Origin: Aplysia californica
Lineage: Eukaryota
DNA: 63,875 nucleotides
Reading direction: 5' to 3'
Assembly (NCBI RefSeq): GCF_000002075.1
Contig: NW_004798223.1
Span: forward strand, 144,676-208,550
Every line of letters starts with the position of its first letter. Position 1 is the first letter of the stretch. Below the pieces are notes generated by a model, which worked only from the letters and a program-made list of their open reading frames with translations, was not told the origin of the DNA and did not search any database. Made by a program: the position numbers and the translations under genes. Shown piece by piece: positions 59,701 through 63,875 of this stretch.

Positions 59701-62443
59701 TGTTGGATGGGACACACCTTCAGAAAGCCCAGCGGAAACATCGCAAGACAGTCACTGCAATGGAACCCACAGGGAGCACGAGGCAGGGGTAGGCCACGGG
59801 AAACATGGAGGAGAAGTGTGGAAAGGGACATGAAGGAGATGAAGCTCACTTGGAACGAGCTAGGAAGGATGGCCCAAGATAGAGAGAATTGGAAGGAGCT
59901 TGTATGTGCCTATACCCTGCCAGGGGTGAAAGGCATTGATGATGATTAACTGAAAAAGTCAATTAACAAAGCAAAATAAAGAATAGGCCTACATTGTAAA
60001 ATAAATTATACTATTTTGCGGAGAAAAGGTTAAGCGAACAAAGTAAGGAATGGATTGGGTGGGGAGGCTTTGGGCGAGGGGTGTCAGTACATCAACTTGT
60101 GGGGTATGTTGACACAGACACTGTTCAGTACAGTAGTATACGCCAATGACCACAACAGGGTCAATGTCATATTTGTAGGTGCATGTGTGACTGTGTGAAA
60201 GGAGGGGGGGGGGGTGTTGTCAAGGCTGATCAATATCCATTTAATGTCTTGGAATTCTCCACGGTTAATTTATAATAAAACCAGAAAAATATTGGATAGC
60301 CAACTATGCATTTTTCTTCTTGCACAATTTGCCATTTTGCTGTATTTTGTGCAAAATGGAAAGTACAAAAGTAATTTTTTTTTAAAAGGAGGAGAGAATT
60401 GAAATAATTCATCAAGGATACACTTGTCACATATTTTTTTACATTTTGTCCTTCAGCTCGTTTTGTGATGCTTTTCTTTTTAATTGCTCTTTATTTGTGA
60501 GGAGTGCTGACAAAATGAGTGACTTCTCTAATTTTTGCCTTATAGGCATAGATTTGTCAAATTTTCAGGTCGAGTCGATACAATTTAATATAAAATGATA
60601 AAAGACATGTATTACTTGAAGAAAATAGCATCAGTTGAAAATCTACAAAATCAACCCTTCTGTCGATGTTTGGGCTGACATCTCCATTCATGTATTGCAG
60701 CAAGTAACTCATTTTGTCAACATGCCTAACATTTACTTTGCTTGTTAAACACCCAAGAACTTCTCTGCAATATCCCAAGCATTTCACTTACCTATGCACT
60801 CAATGCTTCCTTCAATTTTTTTTGTGCTCTTTTAATATATATATTCTTGAGTAGCTGCATAGTTTTAGATAGAAACGAACTCATCGGTCATTCCTGAATT
60901 ATGCTGTTCAATTGGCCTGTTGTTTTGGAGGTTGTATATTTATTATTTATTCCTTTAGGATTTCAGACATCTTTTAATTGTGAGTCACTTTGAATACCAT
61001 AATGAACAGACCTTATATAGTTAAGCATTTTCTTGCCTTTAGAGCAGTGGTGACTGGGAAGTGCACGAGTCCAACCTCTTATTTGTTGTCTTTTCATTAT
61101 TATTACGACCCATTCCCTCAGATAATGTATGTTGTTGCAGAGTATGAAGAAGTATCTTTATTTTTTCTCTACTTTCCTCCCCTAACTAAAGATTTAGCAA
61201 GTGTCCCTAAAACCAACCTAGCATATCTGTGGGTGGTTGATAGGGGACTTCATTCCAGATACAGATCAGTCGGAAGCCAATGGTAGATTTGCAAAGAGAG
61301 TTGATGAGAACTCTCATGGCATAAGTGTTTCACAGAGCGTTTCAAATGCACAAAGAAGAAACCATCTTGGCAATCGCAGGTGGCATAAATTCTGCCAAAG
61401 CCACCCCTGCCTCGTGGCTAGTATTTGGAATGAAAAAGGTTAGCAGAGGTCCGAAGAATGTATATAGACTGGCAGTACGCAATCAGAAATCACTGCTGTA
61501 ATTTCTGTAGAAACAGGGAAAAACCAAAATAATTTGTCAAATAAAAGCAGTGTAAGTAAAAGAAGTTAAGTTTAGAGAATCATTGTAATGAAGACAAAGA
61601 TAAGAGTTTTAAAGAGCTATTGTGTGGTCAACTCTTATATACGGTTACAAATGCTGAACAATTACTAAAATTGTGAAAATAGACTAGAAGCGACAGAAAA
61701 ATGGTTTGTTAAAAGACTTAAGAATTTCAAGAAATGAAAAGAAGTCAAATGAGACAGTGCTGAAAGAAGACGGTGTGGGACTATCACAAATAAAAACAAT
61801 TAGGAAGAGACAAATGCAGTTTGTTTCATACTCGAACATATAGCTCCCTCTGGAAGACAGGAGGGAATTGAGGCAGAGGTAAACCAAGAATACCCAGTGT
61901 GGAGAGCTTGGACAGATAGTGACAGGAAAAGACCCTGAAAACATAGATTTTTTTGAGAACGTCCAAGTATAGAAATAAGTGGTGAACCATGGTCAGTGAT
62001 GATGTTTCAAGTCTGGCACTGTGGGTGGTTGGTGGGTGCTCTGGTGTGGTTTGCTCCTTCTGTCTTATCAAACAGCTATCGTCCTTGTCTGTCCTCCTCC
62101 TTTTTTTTTTTTTGCTTGTTACTCTTTTGTAACACCTCTAATCTCTGCCCGTATATATGACCTTATTGTGCTGCAAGTGCTGTGAAACATTTACTAATAT
62201 AAACCCAACCTGGCATTTGAGAGGGTTCTATCCCTCTCCACTTACATCCCTCCGATATTTTACTTTGATTTTGATTTTGGTCTTTTTTTTTGTTGCTTTC
62301 ACAGGGCTACAGTTATGGCTGTTTGAGCCAGTCAGTTCCAGACGAGCTGAAGGCTGATAATGGAGTTGCCAGGGTTCAACTGAGGCGAGAAAATTTCGAC
62401 AACGTCAACTACAACTTCAGATTAGCTATAAGGGCACAGCGCT
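47621..62443 (+). CDS. Secreted/membrane protein with signal peptide and divergent CUB-like domain (3'-partial; exons 47621-47750, 53451-53683, 62305-62443)
   Basis: Three exons with GT-AG introns and compatible phases (1,0,1) give MAPSGGGCCYPVRSRRSTVLIVILLISAGF...YAMDQRYDC...LNCLLQF...LRVWF...DDC...GC...YNFRLAIRA. Four Cys in the domain and a terminal YxFxLxI strand fit a CUB-like beta-sandwich (inference). Confidence 0.72.
48446..51397 (+). mobile_element. pogo-superfamily (DD35D, Fot/Passer-like) DNA transposon
   Basis: 24-bp TIR GGGTAGAGTCGGGTAACTTCGCCA, TA TSD, subterminal CGGGTAA(A/C)TTCGCCA repeats at both ends. Confidence 0.95.
49242..50917 (+). pseudogene. pogo transposase (HTH_psq, CENP-B-type HTH, DDE_1), disrupted by deletion/frameshifts
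   Basis: AARQFGIPRKTL; IWNCDETG; LILDSHHSH...LPPHTTHMLQPLD (35 aa between 2nd and 3rd D); basic tail RLLTSEQVL..KKERKEKEK. Confidence 0.92.
53451..53683 (+). CDS. Gene 2 exon (CUB-like N-half)
   Basis: ttcacag| acceptor, GGG|gtgagt donor, open frame. Confidence 0.8.
54389..55208. mobile_element. Inverted-repeat DNA element, left end in gap
   Basis: CTCCGCCTTAGATCT ... AGATCTTAGGCGGAGACTA, internal TAAGATCCC repeats. Confidence 0.55.
56683..59945 (+). mobile_element. Full-length RTE-clade non-LTR retrotransposon (APE endonuclease + RT), inactivated
   Basis: IGSWNVRTL, ISETH, QVYAPT, MGDLNAKVG, NQIDH; KKGDLSNCNSYRGITLLS, FIDYEKAFDSV, LLSPFLF, LDFADDL, QWNPQGARGRGRP; several stops/frameshifts; (GAT)n tail; 11-bp TSD TTAACTGAAAA. 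Confidence 0.96.
60132..60366 (+). repeat. About 235-bp repeat, inverted partner at 63487-63718
   Basis: Reverse-complement match over the whole length. Confidence 0.85.
61580..62015 (+). mobile_element. Old RTE-like LINE 3' fragment
   Basis: KTKIRVLKSY/VWSTLIYG...RLEATEKWF...IRKRQMQF relics. Confidence 0.6.
62305..62443 (+). CDS. Gene 2 exon (CUB-like C-half)
   Basis: tttcacag| acceptor, T|gtaaga donor, open frame. Confidence 0.8.
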
Positions 62444-63875
62444 GTAAGAATATACTAGAAGCATTCATGTGTTTGTGGGTGTGTGGATGAGAGGGAGTGT
62501 ATGTGAGCTCATGACTCAATAGTCTTTATCATATGCACAGTATATCCCATGAAAAATCAGGGACTTAACAGCCATGACAGGCTAGTTTTCTAAACAATAA
62601 GCCTTAAATCTATTGCACTGGGTTTGTTTTTTTTAATTAAAGGTTGGAAGGCGTCTCTTATGGTACCTATGTCTTCCAATTCATTTGCTGTTTCTGTCAG
62701 TTATCTATATATGCCAAACAAATAGCGGCGCTGCCCCCCCCTCCCCCCACAGTGCCACCGACCGAAGTGTCTTTAGGCCATTCCGGAATGGGGGGACATT
62801 AATTTGTTCTTATGCACAGTAGAATTGTAAATGGGCTGATTCAACAATGTCATGCTCATAACTGTGCTTGAACTGCAACAGGAATTGCTGCTTTTTCTTT
62901 CCTAATCCTTACTATCGTCATTTTTACTCTACTTTTTTTGTATGTTTGTCACACTCTTGTGACCCGCTATTTCCGGGGTGCTTTGATAATCGAAGCAGAC
63001 TTTGTGCTGTTGAAGCTAGAGAGGTGAGCAGAGTAAGCCTGATTCCCTGTAAGAACTTCTCTGTTGACAACCACCCCTTGGCACTCATATAACCTTATGC
63101 AGTTGCAAGCGCCCTAAAACCTCTACTAAAGCGGAAAAAAAAACCCAACAACTTATGGCCATTTTTTACCTTTGTTGTTTGAATGTTCTAACTTTTACTT
63201 TCAACAGACAAATGTATAATACACTCTCTGTCCAAACATCTGGGGGGGTTTTTCATCCTAACTTTGTTTGCTGAAACCTATACTGATTTCGTAATCACTA
63301 AGCTCATTCATTATTTATGGATGCTATCCTTACCACGACTGTAGAGCATTGCTCCAAATCTGAGTTAATTTTGACATTACAAGCTTCTAGTCCAGGTATG
63401 GTCGTAATTCATTTTTGTTTCTTTTTTTACTGTATGAGGAACACTTGTTTTGCCTTTGAAACAGCGCATTGGGTGCATAGTAGGGAGTATTTTCCATTTT
63501 TGCACAAAATACTTACAGCATAAATAGCAAATTGTGCAAGAAGAAAAATGTATAGTAGGCTATTCAACATTTTTCTGGTTTTATTATAAATTAACCATGG
63601 AGAATTCCAGGACATTAAATTGAAATTGATCAGCCTTGACAACCCCCCCCCCCCCTCCTTCCACACTACACCTACTAATATGACATTGACCCTGTTGTGG
63701 TCATTGGCGTATACTACTCTGCCGTAAGCTGACAAAACGCCTTTTTTGTTCAGAGCAGTTTCGAGAAATCAACGATTTTCGTGTTGTTTTTTTTACAATA
63801 TGTCAACTACTTTGCACAGTACATCACAGTTTGAACTCACATTCTTATCAGAATGTCATTCCCTATATACAACAT

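Noticed and set aside
63317-63400. Next exon of gene 2 (CAG|gtatgg donor)
   Set aside because: No acceptor found that gives a convincing phase-1 open frame

Overview
AT-rich eukaryotic (animal, probably invertebrate/mollusc-like; inference) genomic DNA with four assembly gaps. (1) 1575-22497 (+): 12 GT-AG exons splice in frame into about 851 aa of an interleukin-17 receptor family protein: ectodomain, Ser/Thr stalk, one TM helix, SEFIR domain with extension, and a long tail with a duplicated 24-aa motif. The 5' exon(s) were not located. (2) About 46077-62443+ (+): a second spliced gene encoding a signal peptide plus a divergent CUB-like domain, apparently running out of the window. The rest is a dense, nested set of transposons. 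These include a full-length decayed RTE LINE with TSD and its 385-bp bipartite non-autonomous derivative, a DD35D pogo-type transposon, a rearranged Gypsy LTR element with its own integrase fragment inverted inside its LTR, and Tigger, mariner, hAT and MULE MITEs. There are also CORE- and tRNA-derived SINEs and three short families sharing one 3' tail. Two gap-adjacent near-identical duplications (3.5 kb and 2.9 kb) are probably haplotype or assembly artefacts. I see no clear evidence of a wholly new system. The best leads are the structured RTE leader, the rearranged Gypsy element, the tail-sharing retroposon guild and the IL-17R tail repeat.
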